From Campylobacterota bacterium (GTDB taxonomy: Bacteria; Campylobacterota; Campylobacteria; Campylobacterales; Sulfurimonadaceae): DNA of 20,379 nucleotides. The translations under genes and the position numbers were made by a program. Below are positions 8,463 to 17,921 of the stretch, piece after piece; within the stretch, counting starts at the first letter, position 1, and each line of letters opens with the position of its first letter. The notes under the pieces were generated by a model, which was given only the letters and a program-made list of their open reading frames with translations, ran no database searches and was not told the origin of the DNA. The stretch lies in assembly GCA_034717975.1 (NCBI GenBank), contig JAYEMF010000037.1:1-20379 (forward strand), read 5' to 3'.

Positions 8463-9482
8463 ATGCTTACTGAAAAGATGTTTGAAATGACAGGTATTGT
8501 TCAAAGGTTTTTTTCACATTTTTCCAAAAGATATCTGGATGACAGAAAGGCTCTGCTTGAAGCAGTCCGCAAAGACGGAAAAGCTTTGAAATATACCAGT
8601 GCAATACTGCAGGCAGATAGAGATATTGTACTTGAAGCCGTTAAAAATGATGGATCTGCATTGAAGTATGCAAGCAAAGAACTGCGTGCCGATAAAGAGG
8701 TGGTCCTCGAAGCCTATAGAAACGATTCCCAGGCATTCGAATACGCCGATAAAACGCTACAGGAAGATAAAGCACTTATTATCAAAGCCGTTAAAAATCA
8801 TTGCAATGTTCTGAATTTCGTAAACAAGGAAGTCGAAGGTGACAGGAATGTTATTCTTGAAGCTGTCAGGAACAACTGCGTGGGTATGGAATATGTCAAT
8901 CCTGTTTTTCGTTCAGATAAAGAGATCATCCTTGCGGCTGTTAAAAATTCTGTCACTGAATTCAGGTATGCCAGCACAGAACTGCGTTCTGATAAAGAGG
9001 TGGTGCTAGAAGCAGTCAGCCATTTCGGTGCTGCATTAAAGAGTGCGGACAAAGTGCTGCAAGCAGACAAAGAGGTGGTACTTGCGGCTGTGAAAAATAA
9101 CGGCTACGCATTGGAATTCGCCGATAAAGCATTGCAAGCGGATAAAGAGGTTGTTATGGAAGCCCTCAGACACGCCGGTTTGGCATTGGAGTTTGCCAGT
9201 GAAGCGCTAAAAGCAGACAGAGAAGTGGTTGTGATGGCAGTCAAAACACATCATGGCCGTGCTCTGGAGTTTGCCGACAAAGCACTTCAGAAAGATAAGG
9301 TGATAGTATGCGACGCAATTAAAAACAGCGGTTTGAAACTCGAATTTGTACATTCTGAACTAACAGCAGACAAAGAGGTGGTGCGTGAAGCCGTTAAAAT
9401 CGATAGCCAGGCATTAAGATATGCAAGCAAAGCACTGCAAGAAGACAAGTCCCTGATCGCTCTGGCCGCCGGGAGAAATTAG
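8463..9482 (+). CDS. DUF4116 repeat (helical solenoid) protein
   Basis: Twelve full 25-aa units (one of 26) plus a half unit, consensus ADKEVVLEAVKNxGxALEYAskxLq; AGGAGG RBS. Confidence 0.88.
   Translation: MLTEKMFEMTGIVQRFFSHFSKRYLDDRKALLEAVRKDGKALKYTSAILQADRDIVLEAVKNDGSALKYASKELRADKEVVLEAYRNDSQAFEYADKTLQEDKALIIKAVKNHCNVLNFVNKEVEGDRNVILEAVRNNCVGMEYVNPVFRSDKEIILAAVKNSVTEFRYASTELRSDKEVVLEAVSHFGAALKSADKVLQADKEVVLAAVKNNGYALEFADKALQADKEVVMEALRHAGLALEFASEALKADREVVVMAVKTHHGRALEFADKALQKDKVIVCDAIKNSGLKLEFVHSELTADKEVVREAVKIDSQALRYASKALQEDKSLIALAAGRN
8538..9479 (+). repeat. Degenerate 75-bp coding tandem repeat (~12.5 units)
   Basis: Recurring GC(A/C/G)GA(T/C)AAAGAGGT(G/T)GT-like words at 75-nt multiples, matching the protein repeat. 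Confidence 0.85.
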
Positions 9483-9491
9483 GGTTTTGAG

Positions 9492-11024
9492 ATGGATATA
9501 AAAGAGCATGGTATTTTTACCCAAAATCTTCTGAGGTCTCTGGGAACAGATGAGAAGACGCAGCTTATCGAAACTCATATCTCTACGATAATTTTGAGTG
9601 GTGATCTGGCATACAAGCTGAAAAAACCGGTCGATTTCGGTTTTTTGGACTACTCGACACTGGAGAAACGGTACAAAAACTCTCTTGAAGAGGTGCGCAT
9701 CAATGAAGGTTTTGCACCAGAACTCTATCTGGGCGTGATACCGATAACCGGTTCGATCGAAGATCCCCGGATAGATGGTGAAGGCAGAGTGTTGGATCAT
9801 GCTGTGAAAATGCGCCGTTTCGAGCAAAATTGTCAGCTGGACAATATGGTCGATGAAGGCAGACTCGATATGGACTTAATGGACAAGGCTGCGCAGATGA
9901 TAGCCGCCTTCCATAAGAGAACAGAAGCAGCAGCTCCTCAAAGTGAATTTGGAGCGCCTGTGCGGGTGCTTGCGCCGATGGAAGAAAACTTTGAACTTCT
10001 TAAAGCAGTGGGATCTTTTCAGGCAAAGATCGATGTAGTCGAACGTTGGACTTACGATGGTTATAAGAGGTTTAAACCGCTGCTGAAATCTCGCAAAGAG
10101 AACGGCTTTATCCGCGAGTGCCACGGTGATATGCATCTTCACAATATGGCAATGTTTGAGGGTAAACTGATCATGTTCGACGCGATCGAGTTCAATCCCT
10201 ATCTCAATCATATAGATGTTATCAGTGATCTTGCATTTTTGCTGATGGATCTCGAGTATCGCAGCCTGCATCAACTAAGCCGCCGTGTTTTAAACCGCTA
10301 TCTTGAACTGACCGGTGATTACGAAGGGGTCAGAGTGCTTGACTTCTATAAAACCTACCGTGCTATGGTCAGGGCCAAAGTAGCCGCACTCAGAGCATCA
10401 CAGGATATGCTAGAGAGTGAGCGTCAGAGCGTAATGGATGAAGTCGAAAGATATATTGATCTGGCACTGAGCTATACCCGGGAAAAAGAGCCCTTTATGG
10501 CCATTACGCATGGCTGTTCCGGATCGGGTAAAAGCACCTTTGCCCAGATGCTGGTTGAAACACATGGTGCTCTGCGCATCCGTTCGGATGCGGAACGGAT
10601 GCGGATGTTTGAGAGAAGTGATGAGAGTGGTTTGGAGGAAGGCATATACACCCCTGATACGACCAAAGCAACGTATGAGCGTCTTCTTGAACTGGCTGTC
10701 TCTGTTTATGAAGCCGGATATTCTGTCATTGTGGATGCAACATTTTTGAAGCAGTGGCAGCGCCGGCTCTTTATTGAACACGCTTCGACGGCTGAGGCTC
10801 CCTTCTGTCTTTTCACGATGGCGTGTGATCATGAAGTGATGCGAAGCAGGGTAGAGCACCGTTCAGAAGAGGGTTCGGATATCTCAGAAGCGGACCTGGA
10901 AGTACTGCAGCTGCAGATTAAAAGTGCCGAACCGCTTTCGGAGAGTGAAAGAGAGGTCGAAGTGACAATCGACTGCTCCTCAACAGCATCGATGCGTCAA
11001 TCGGCTGCAAGAATAATGCAATGA
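9492..11024 (+). CDS. Bifunctional APH/kinase-like plus AAA_33 (gluconate kinase-like) P-loop protein, Rv2004c-like
   Basis: IETHIS, AYKLKKPV.FGFLDYST, RECHGDMHL.N, FDAIEFN, ID..SD.AFL.MDL; Walker A GCSGSGKST, RSDAER, VDATFL, SDISEA. Confidence 0.88.
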   Translation: MDIKEHGIFTQNLLRSLGTDEKTQLIETHISTIILSGDLAYKLKKPVDFGFLDYSTLEKRYKNSLEEVRINEGFAPELYLGVIPITGSIEDPRIDGEGRVLDHAVKMRRFEQNCQLDNMVDEGRLDMDLMDKAAQMIAAFHKRTEAAAPQSEFGAPVRVLAPMEENFELLKAVGSFQAKIDVVERWTYDGYKRFKPLLKSRKENGFIRECHGDMHLHNMAMFEGKLIMFDAIEFNPYLNHIDVISDLAFLLMDLEYRSLHQLSRRVLNRYLELTGDYEGVRVLDFYKTYRAMVRAKVAALRASQDMLESERQSVMDEVERYIDLALSYTREKEPFMAITHGCSGSGKSTFAQMLVETHGALRIRSDAERMRMFERSDESGLEEGIYTPDTTKATYERLLELAVSVYEAGYSVIVDATFLKQWQRRLFIEHASTAEAPFCLFTMACDHEVMRSRVEHRSEEGSDISEADLEVLQLQIKSAEPLSESEREVEVTIDCSSTASMRQSAARIMQ

Positions 11025-11058
11025 ACAATTTATCTCTTTTTGGGCAGACCGATAAACC

Positions 11059-11301
11059 TCACTGCCGTTCAGAGAAATAGTCCGCCATATGTTCCAGTGT
11101 ATCTACCTTGCCGTAGTCGGCCTCGGGGACTTCCACACCAAGATGTTCATTCAGGGCGGTAAGCACTTTTAAAAAATCGAAGGAGTCGATCTCCAGAGAG
11201 CGCTGAAGGTTCTCATTCGGCTCGATCTCCTCTTCTTCGATCTCCGGGGCGATCTCCAGAATCTGTTCGATGATGGTGTTCTTGATCTCTTCTTTGGTCA
11301 T
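11059..11301 (-). CDS. Acyl carrier protein (phosphopantetheine site Ser40)
   Basis: 80 aa, very acidic, LEIDSFDF motif, GVEVPEADY; ATGA overlap with E2. Confidence 0.9.
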   Translation of the reverse strand: MTKEEIKNTIIEQILEIAPEIEEEEIEPNENLQRSLEIDSFDFLKVLTALNEHLGVEVPEADYGKVDTLEHMADYFSERQ

Positions 11302-12458
11302 AGTAGTTCCTCCGGTTTTTGTAGAAAGTTGTTCAGTCTGTCCAGAAACAGTGCTCCGGTGCGGCCATCAGTGGCACGGTGATCACCGGCGATAGTCGCC
11401 TGCATAACTTTGCGTACACTCAGTGCATCGCCCTCGGCCCATGGGGTATCGCTAATACGGCCCAGTCCCACAATCGCAACTTGGGGAGGGTAGATGACAC
11501 CATAGACGCGTTCCACACCCAGGTCACCCAAATTGGTGATAGTCACGGTCTGCTGCGTCATCTCGCTGCCACGCAGTTTGCCGGAGCGGGTGCGGGTGAT
11601 CAGGTCGCCCAGTGAGTGCATGGTCTCATCGAGGTTCATCTGCTGTGCATTGAGCAGTGCCGGGGTGATCAGCCCTCCCTTGCGAAGTACGATGGCAATA
11701 CCGGGATTGACCGCTTCGCTTACACGATGCGTATCTTCCTGCCAAAAGCCATTGAGCTCCGGTACTTCCTCCAATGTCCGTACAACGGCACGGATCAACA
11801 AGGCGGCGGGCAGAATACGATCTTTGATACTGCGTTTGCCATTGAGTGCTGCAAGCCACTCCAGGGCCGGTGTCATATTGATCGAGGTGGAGAGATAATA
11901 GTGGGGGATCTCGGCATTGGAGCGGCTCATGGCTCTGGCAATAGCCTGGCGTATGCCGTCTGATTCAGGGATTTTGTGCAGAGTTGCCGCTGCAGCCTCT
12001 ACCTTGCTGAGCTGTATGGTTCCGCCTGTTCCAGATGCAAGTTCAGCCAGGTCAACACCCAGTTCACGGGCTTTTCTCCGTGCTGCCGGCGAGGCTTTGA
12101 CCCTCTCTCTGGAAGAGAGCTCATTGGCGGGCATTAGTGCAGGCTCTTTTGAAGGTTCCGGCTCTAAAGGTTTCGCTTCCGGTTCCGGGAAAGTGTCGGC
12201 AGCCGACTCTTCCAACTCTTCGTTTTCAGAACGGATCAGGGCCAGCGGCATACCCACGGCACACTCGGTCTCCTCTTCGACGAGAATCTTCTCCACAATA
12301 CCATCTTCGAATACCTCGATCTCGATGACCCCTTTGCTTGTCTCCACTTCGGCGATCACCTGACCCTTTGTTACATGGTCACCCTCTTTGACCATCCACT
12401 CCATCAAAACGGCCGACTCCATGTCAGCCCCAAGGCTCGGCATTTTAAATTCGCTCAT
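11298..12458 (-). CDS. pdhC: 2-oxoacid dehydrogenase E2 (dihydrolipoamide acyltransferase), single lipoyl domain
   Basis: Lipoyl domain EVETSK42[32 protein letters not shown] and catalytic DHRATDG. Confidence 0.9.
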   Translation of the reverse strand: MSEFKMPSLGADMESAVLMEWMVKEGDHVTKGQVIAEVETSKGVIEIEVFEDGIVEKILVEEETECAVGMPLALIRSENEELEESAADTFPEPEAKPLEPEPSKEPALMPANELSSRERVKASPAARRKARELGVDLAELASGTGGTIQLSKVEAAAATLHKIPESDGIRQAIARAMSRSNAEIPHYYLSTSINMTPALEWLAALNGKRSIKDRILPAALLIRAVVRTLEEVPELNGFWQEDTHRVSEAVNPGIAIVLRKGGLITPALLNAQQMNLDETMHSLGDLITRTRSGKLRGSEMTQQTVTITNLGDLGVERVYGVIYPPQVAIVGLGRISDTPWAEGDALSVRKVMQATIAGDHRATDGRTGALFLDRLNNFLQKPEELL

Positions 12459-13438
12459 GCTTCCTCCATCAGTTGACGTGCCGTGGCAACGATCTTTTCG
12501 GGCTGCGGAATGGCGGCGTCCTCGAGATGTTTGGCGTAGGGGAGAGGGACTTCGGCGGTGCAGACTCTTCGCATAGGAGCATCAAGTTCAAAAAAGGCCT
12601 GCTCGTTGATGCGTGCCATGATTTCGGCGGAGATACTGCCTGACTTCCATCCCTCATCGACGATCATTACCCGGTGTGTTTTCCTGAGGGACTCCATGAT
12701 AGCCGCATCATCAAGCGGTCGCAGGGATCGCAGGTCGATCACTTCGGCGTCAATACCCTCTTCTGAGAGTGTCTCAGCCGCTTCCAGCGCTTTAAAGAGG
12801 TTGATACCGTAGGCGAGAATCGTCAGATCTCTGCCCGACCGATGGAGCAGGGATTTTCCGATAGGCAGGGGTGTGGCTGAGGTGTCGAGCGTCCCTTTGG
12901 CGTTATAGAGCAGGGAGTTTTCGAAGATCAGTACCGGATCAGGATCGGCCAGTGCCAGACCAACCATATCGTAGGCATCCTGTACGGTTGCAGGGGTAAG
13001 CACTTTGAGACCCGGAATGTGGGCATACCACCCCTCAAGGCTGTGTGAGTGCTGGGCGGCCAGCTGTTTGCCGCCGCCGGTCGCCATGCGGATTACCAGA
13101 GGAACATTGAACTGGCCGCCAGACATATGGAGCAAGGTGGCGGCGTTGTTCATGATCTGATCGAGGGCCAGCAGGCTGAAATTTACCGTCATGATCTCCA
13201 CGATGGGGCGCATACCGTTCATGGCGGCACCGATACCCGCACCGGTAAACGCTGATTCAGAGAGTGGCGTATCGATGATCCGTTCAGCTCCAAACTCTTC
13301 TTGAAGTCCCATACTCACGGCGAAACAGCCGCCGTAACGGCCGACATCTTCTCCCATCAGAAAGACCCGTTCATCTTTTTGCATCGCTTCACGGATACTT
13401 TGGCGAACCGCTTCGCGGTAGGTACTGTTCTCACCCAT
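12455..13438 (-). CDS. pdhB: Pyruvate dehydrogenase E1 beta subunit (327 aa)
   Basis: [44 protein letters not shown] 13438 with GAGGAGG RBS preferred over the ORF-track start 13507. Confidence 0.92.
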   Translation of the reverse strand: MGENSTYREAVRQSIREAMQKDERVFLMGEDVGRYGGCFAVSMGLQEEFGAERIIDTPLSESAFTGAGIGAAMNGMRPIVEIMTVNFSLLALDQIMNNAATLLHMSGGQFNVPLVIRMATGGGKQLAAQHSHSLEGWYAHIPGLKVLTPATVQDAYDMVGLALADPDPVLIFENSLLYNAKGTLDTSATPLPIGKSLLHRSGRDLTILAYGINLFKALEAAETLSEEGIDAEVIDLRSLRPLDDAAIMESLRKTHRVMIVDEGWKSGSISAEIMARINEQAFFELDAPMRRVCTAEVPLPYAKHLEDAAIPQPEKIVATARQLMEEA

Positions 13439-14408
13439 TGTGCACCTCCTCAGAGTAGACGAATTTTTCAAGATCAGTGACGGGCTCCAGTGTGCCGTTT
13501 TCGGCAAATTTCACCGCCTCGTTAATGATCTCTGCGATCTCATCTTCGATCTCATCGCGATTGATCTTTGACCAGAGGTCCATCGCTTCAAGCCTGTTCT
13601 GAAATAGTACCAGAGGACCTTTCTTCTTCCACTCTTCGACTTCCGCTTTTTCACGGTAGAGTTCAGCATCAAACAGAGAGTGGGCGCGGAAACGGTAGGT
13701 AAGGCATTCGAGAAAGCGAGGGCCCTTTCCGGCGCGGATCTCTGCCACTGCTTCTTCAGCTGCCTCGGCAACATCGACGACACTCATCCCATCTACCTGT
13801 TTGGAACCAAGCTTATAAGCTGCTGCTTTGCGGGCGATATTTGTCTCCGACTCAGAGAACTCCAGGGCAGTTCCCATGCCGTAGCGGTTGTTTTCACAAA
13901 TAAAGAGCACCGGCAGTTGCCACAGAGCGGCGAGGTTTAAAGATTCGTGAAACTCTCCTTCGGCCACAGCGCCATCGCCAAAGAGGCAGACCGTGACCCG
14001 GTTGCGTTTCATCATCTTGTCTGCCATTGCCATCCCGACGGCCAGTGGCAGAGCGCCGCCGACAATGGCGCTGCCGCCGTAAAAGCGTGTTGCGGCATCA
14101 AAAAGATGCATGGAACCGCCCCGTCCGCGGGAGCATCCCTCCACCTTTCCGTACATTTCGGCCATGATGCTTTTGGCAGAGATCCCGCGTGCAAGAGCCT
14201 GTCCATGTTCTCGGTAGGTGGCAAGTACGGCATCTTCAGGGCTCAGTGCATGCATAACGCCCACCGCTATCGCTTCCTCTCCGATGTAGAGATGCAAAAA
14301 GCCCCGAATCTTCTCGCTGCTGTAGAGCTCTACGCACTTCTCTTCAAAGCGCCGGATCAATAGCATCTGCCGGTAAAATTCCCGGGCCAGTGTCAAATCT
14401 AAATCCAT
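13431..14408 (-). CDS. pdhA: Pyruvate dehydrogenase E1 alpha subunit
   Basis: [29 protein letters not shown] motif GDGA...[20 protein letters not shown]. Confidence 0.92.
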   Translation of the reverse strand: MDLDLTLAREFYRQMLLIRRFEEKCVELYSSEKIRGFLHLYIGEEAIAVGVMHALSPEDAVLATYREHGQALARGISAKSIMAEMYGKVEGCSRGRGGSMHLFDAATRFYGGSAIVGGALPLAVGMAMADKMMKRNRVTVCLFGDGAVAEGEFHESLNLAALWQLPVLFICENNRYGMGTALEFSESETNIARKAAAYKLGSKQVDGMSVVDVAEAAEEAVAEIRAGKGPRFLECLTYRFRAHSLFDAELYREKAEVEEWKKKGPLVLFQNRLEAMDLWSKINRDEIEDEIAEIINEAVKFAENGTLEPVTDLEKFVYSEEVHNG

Positions 14409-14419
14409 AGTTGCTCCTT

Positions 14420-16171
14420 TTAATCTTCCAAGGTGGAAATGTCACCCTCGGGCAGTCCCATCTCCCGTGCTTTAAGCAGCCGGCGCATGATCTTGCCGCT
14501 TCGGGTCTTTGGCAGGTTTTCCTGGAACTCGATCTCTTTGGGTGCGACTGCAGCTCCCAGCTTCTTGCGTCCGAAGCCGATCAGTTCGCGTCTGAGCTCC
14601 TCTGTGGCCTCAAAACCGGTTTTGAGCGAGACAAAGGCTTTGACCAGCTGGCCGATGATCGGGTCTGGCTTGCCGATAACACCGGCTTCTGTCACCGCCG
14701 GGTGTTCCATCAGGGCACTTTCTACTTCGAAAGGGCCTACCATATGGCCGGAGGTCTTGATGATATCATCGGAGCGTCCGACAAACCAGAAATAGCCCGC
14801 TTCATCCCTGTAGGCAAGGTCGCCGGAGATATACCACTCTCCGACAAAACTTTTTTTGTATTTCTCTTCATTATGAAGGTAGGCCCGGAACATGGAGGGC
14901 CAGCCAGCTTTCAGTGCCAGATCTCCCTCCTTGCCCGCTTCAGTGACCTCTGTAACGGTGCCATCATCATTTTGATGTACGATTGCAGCTTCAATGCCGG
15001 GAAGGGGCCTGCCCATAGAACCGGGACGTATGGTCTGAGAGATCAGGTTGGTGATCATGATCCCGCCTGTCTCTGTCTGCCACCAGTTATCGTGGATCGG
15101 CAATTTGAGTTTCTTCGCTCCCCAGACTACCGCTTCGGGATTGAGCGGTTCGCCGACGCTCTGGATCAGGCGCAGTCGGGAGAGGTCATACTCTTTCGTC
15201 GGTTCGGAGTCGATGCGCATCAGGCGTCGGATCGCCGTGGGAGCGGTATACCAGATACTGACCTGCTCATCCTGCAAAACACCGTACCACCGCTCGGCAT
15301 TGAACTCCGCTTCATCCACAACGTTAGTGACACCATGAATCCAGGGGGTGATGATGCCGTATGAGGTGCCGGTGACCCAACCCGGGTCGGCAGTACACCA
15401 GTAGATGTCATCGCTATGGAGGTCGAGTACGTATTGGCCGGTCATCCAGTGGGTGTAGACGGCTTTATGTACATGCACCACTCCCTTTGGCATTCCGGTG
15501 GTGCCGCTGGTGAAGTGGAGTATCGACATATCTTCAGGATCGGTGGGCGGAATCTCAAAGGTGTCAGAGGCCTTTTCCATCAGGCGGGGGAGGGAGAGAA
15601 CCTGTTCGCTCTCATCTTCTTCGGCATCGATCAGCAGGACATAACGAAGTTCCGGCAGCTGCTCGAGCAGGGGGCGTATCTTTTTTTTGAAGAGTCTCTG
15701 TGTCGTCAAGAGGGCTCTTGCATCGCCCCGCTGCATGCGCTGCAGTATGGGCTCGGGGCCGAACTGGGAGAAGAGCGGGCAGATGACGCTGCGGTTTTTC
15801 AGGATGCCCATGGCGGCGATGTAGAGTTCGGGCAGACGTGTAGAGAGGGTGAAGATACGATCGCCCTTTGAGAGCCCAAGTGATTGGATCACATTGGCGA
15901 ACCTGGCGCTCTCCTTTTTCATCTCGGAAAAGGTGTATCTTCTTTTTTTACCACTCTCTCCAAGCCATAACAGAGCGGTTTTGTCTGCGAGGGGACCATT
16001 GGCATGGCGGTCGATCGCTTCGTGGGCGATATTGAGCCCGCCTGAGGGCAGTCCCTCGAACACTTGGGCCACCGCTTCCCAGCTAAAGGCTTCACGTTCC
16101 TGATCATAGTCCGTCAGGTTCGGCTGAACTGGAAAATCCTCTGCTCTTTTTTCGATCCACTTCTCTTCCAT
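14420..16171 (-). CDS. acsA: Acetate--CoA ligase (AMP-forming), Bacillus AcsA-like, 583 aa
   Basis: [54 protein letters not shown] 16171 with AAAGGA RBS preferred over 16240. Confidence 0.92.
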   Translation of the reverse strand: MEEKWIEKRAEDFPVQPNLTDYDQEREAFSWEAVAQVFEGLPSGGLNIAHEAIDRHANGPLADKTALLWLGESGKKRRYTFSEMKKESARFANVIQSLGLSKGDRIFTLSTRLPELYIAAMGILKNRSVICPLFSQFGPEPILQRMQRGDARALLTTQRLFKKKIRPLLEQLPELRYVLLIDAEEDESEQVLSLPRLMEKASDTFEIPPTDPEDMSILHFTSGTTGMPKGVVHVHKAVYTHWMTGQYVLDLHSDDIYWCTADPGWVTGTSYGIITPWIHGVTNVVDEAEFNAERWYGVLQDEQVSIWYTAPTAIRRLMRIDSEPTKEYDLSRLRLIQSVGEPLNPEAVVWGAKKLKLPIHDNWWQTETGGIMITNLISQTIRPGSMGRPLPGIEAAIVHQNDDGTVTEVTEAGKEGDLALKAGWPSMFRAYLHNEEKYKKSFVGEWYISGDLAYRDEAGYFWFVGRSDDIIKTSGHMVGPFEVESALMEHPAVTEAGVIGKPDPIIGQLVKAFVSLKTGFEATEELRRELIGFGRKKLGAAVAPKEIEFQENLPKTRSGKIMRRLLKAREMGLPEGDISTLED

Positions 16172-16199
16172 CTTGCATCCTTTAAAAAGTCTGTTTTCA

Positions 16200-16237
16200 G
16201 GTTTTAAGGTAAAACCAATAATAACATATAATATAAT
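16200..16237. promoter_or_regulatory. Divergent promoter region: palindrome GGTTTTA-AGG-TAAAACC (16200-16216) and overlapping TATAAT hexamers (16227-16237, plus strand)
   Basis: Read directly in the 120-bp AT-rich spacer between acsA and the lipoylation operon. Confidence 0.5.
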
Positions 16238-16291
16238 CAAAAGAGATGTAATTGGTGTCTTTTTTGAATGCTTGTCCGATAACAGGAGGTC

Positions 16292-17074
16292 ATGATCAAA
16301 GCAAAAACGTGGCGGCTTATCGAAAGCGGGATTGGGCCTGCTGACTGGAATATGGCGCTGGACGAGGCGCTGCTGAACGGCTTCAGAGAGGGTGACCAGC
16401 CGATTCTTCGGCTCTATGGATGGGAACCGGCCCTGAGTCTGGGACGGTTTTCAAGTGTTCACAAGAGTGTGGATATGGAGAGGCTGGAGCAACAGCAACT
16501 TTCCTGCGTACGCCGTATGACCGGAGGAGGAGTACTGGTGCATGGCGGGGATCTCTCCTATGCGCTGGTCCTGCCCCGTAAATCCCTAAAGGACAGAGGG
16601 GTGCGAGAGAGTTACCGTTACCTGTGCCGGTTTCTCATCCGCCTCTATGAAAAGCTGGGCCAAAATGCCCATTTTGCCCGTGATCTGCAGCTCGAGGGCG
16701 GAAGGTCCGATATCTGTCTGGCTGATAATGAGGCCTATGATATTGTAATCGAAGGCAGAAAAATGGGTGGTAATGCCCAGCGTCATACCCGCCACATTCT
16801 GTTTCAGCACGGTAGTATCCCTATGAACGTGGATGAGTCACGCTTCAAACCACTTTTTTTGGGGGATTCCGGATTGGAGCGTGCGGCAACGCTTCAGCGG
16901 CTGGGAAACGAGGTGGCCTATGAAGAGCTTGCAGGCTTGCTGAGAGAGTCGTTCAGTGAAACGTTTGATGTGAATGTCGCGGAGGAGAATCTGCGTCCGT
17001 CGGAAGAGGAGCGTGCCATGGAGCTCTTGACGCAAAAATACAGCCGGCAAAGGTGGAACATCAATGGAGAATAG
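16292..17074 (+). CDS. lipM: Single-domain LplA-family protein, LipM-like octanoyltransferase
   Basis: [26 protein letters not shown]142...GRK157MGGNAQ, QHGSI; Cys-Lys spacing of 15 as in B. subtilis LipM; no LplA C-terminal domain; AGGAGG RBS. Confidence 0.7.
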   Translation: MIKAKTWRLIESGIGPADWNMALDEALLNGFREGDQPILRLYGWEPALSLGRFSSVHKSVDMERLEQQQLSCVRRMTGGGVLVHGGDLSYALVLPRKSLKDRGVRESYRYLCRFLIRLYEKLGQNAHFARDLQLEGGRSDICLADNEAYDIVIEGRKMGGNAQRHTRHILFQHGSIPMNVDESRFKPLFLGDSGLERAATLQRLGNEVAYEELAGLLRESFSETFDVNVAEENLRPSEEERAMELLTQKYSRQRWNINGE

Positions 17075-17921
17075 AATTATGCGTAAACCGGAGTGGCTGC
17101 GTAAAAAGATCACACCGAGCGACCACAAAGCGATGGAGACCCTGTTGGCCGAAGGGCGACTCCATACGGTCTGTGAGGAGGCGATGTGTCCCAATATCAG
17201 TGAATGTTTTCGCCAGAAGCAGGCAACGTTTCTGATACTGGGCAATATCTGTACCCGCGCCTGCAGTTTCTGTGCCCTCAGCAGGGGAAGGCTTATGGCG
17301 CCGGACTCCGATGAGCCTGGAAATGTGGCTCAAACAGTCAGGCGGCTTGGACTGCGGCACGTGGTCATTACCAGCTCCACGCGCGATGATCTGAGTGACG
17401 GCGGTGCCGGGCACTTTTGTGAGACGGTACACGCCATTAAAGCCATCGATGACGCCATTACCGTAGAGCTGTTGATCCCCGATATGCAAGAAAACGAGGA
17501 GACACTCGCATTGGTAGCCAAGAGCGGAGCCGAGATTGTCGGGCATAATCTGGAGACGGTACCGCGCCTCTATCATGTGCGGAAGGGAGCGGAGTATGAA
17601 CGCTCACTGCGGGTACTGAAGATGCTCTCCTCTGTCAATCCCTCGATCGCGACCAAAAGCGGTATCATGCTCGGTTTTGGTGAACGTGACGACGAAGTGA
17701 TGAATTTGATGCAGGACCTTCTGGATGTGGGATGCGGGTATCTCAGTATCGGTCAGTACCTGGCTCCTTCGCACAATCATGCCGCGGTTGTGGAGTATGT
17801 AAAACCGGAGCGGTTTGAGTTGTTCAGAAAGCGCGGGATGGAGATGGGGTTTAAGTACATTAAAAGTTCACCCTATACGCGCAGCAGTTATATGGCGCAC
17901 GAATATCTGGAGGCAAGATGA
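17064..17921 (+). CDS. lipA: Lipoyl synthase (radical SAM)
   Basis: KPEWL, CEEAMCPNISEC (CX4CX5C), CTRACSFC (CX3CX2C), RDDL, HNLETV, GQYL.P, RSSY; alternative ATG at 17079. Confidence 0.97.
   Translation: MENRIMRKPEWLRKKITPSDHKAMETLLAEGRLHTVCEEAMCPNISECFRQKQATFLILGNICTRACSFCALSRGRLMAPDSDEPGNVAQTVRRLGLRHVVITSSTRDDLSDGGAGHFCETVHAIKAIDDAITVELLIPDMQENEETLALVAKSGAEIVGHNLETVPRLYHVRKGAEYERSLRVLKMLSSVNPSIATKSGIMLGFGERDDEVMNLMQDLLDVGCGYLSIGQYLAPSHNHAAVVEYVKPERFELFRKRGMEMGFKYIKSSPYTRSSYMAHEYLEAR

Noticed and set aside
8538..9479. 75-bp periodicity as a possible CRISPR array
   Set aside because: Units are degenerate, in frame and protein coding; no identical repeats with unique spacers and no cas genes.
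9492..11024. Aminoglycoside-resistance gene
   Set aside because: Only the APH-like fold is shared; this fused APH/AAA_33 family is not an established resistance determinant.
13439..13507. N-terminal extensions of pdhB (13507) and acsA (16240) in the ORF track
   Set aside because: Downstream ATGs (13438, 16171) have good RBSs and match family lengths.
14411..15364. 317-aa plus-strand ORF
   Set aside because: Antisense shadow of acsA, with no recognisable motifs.
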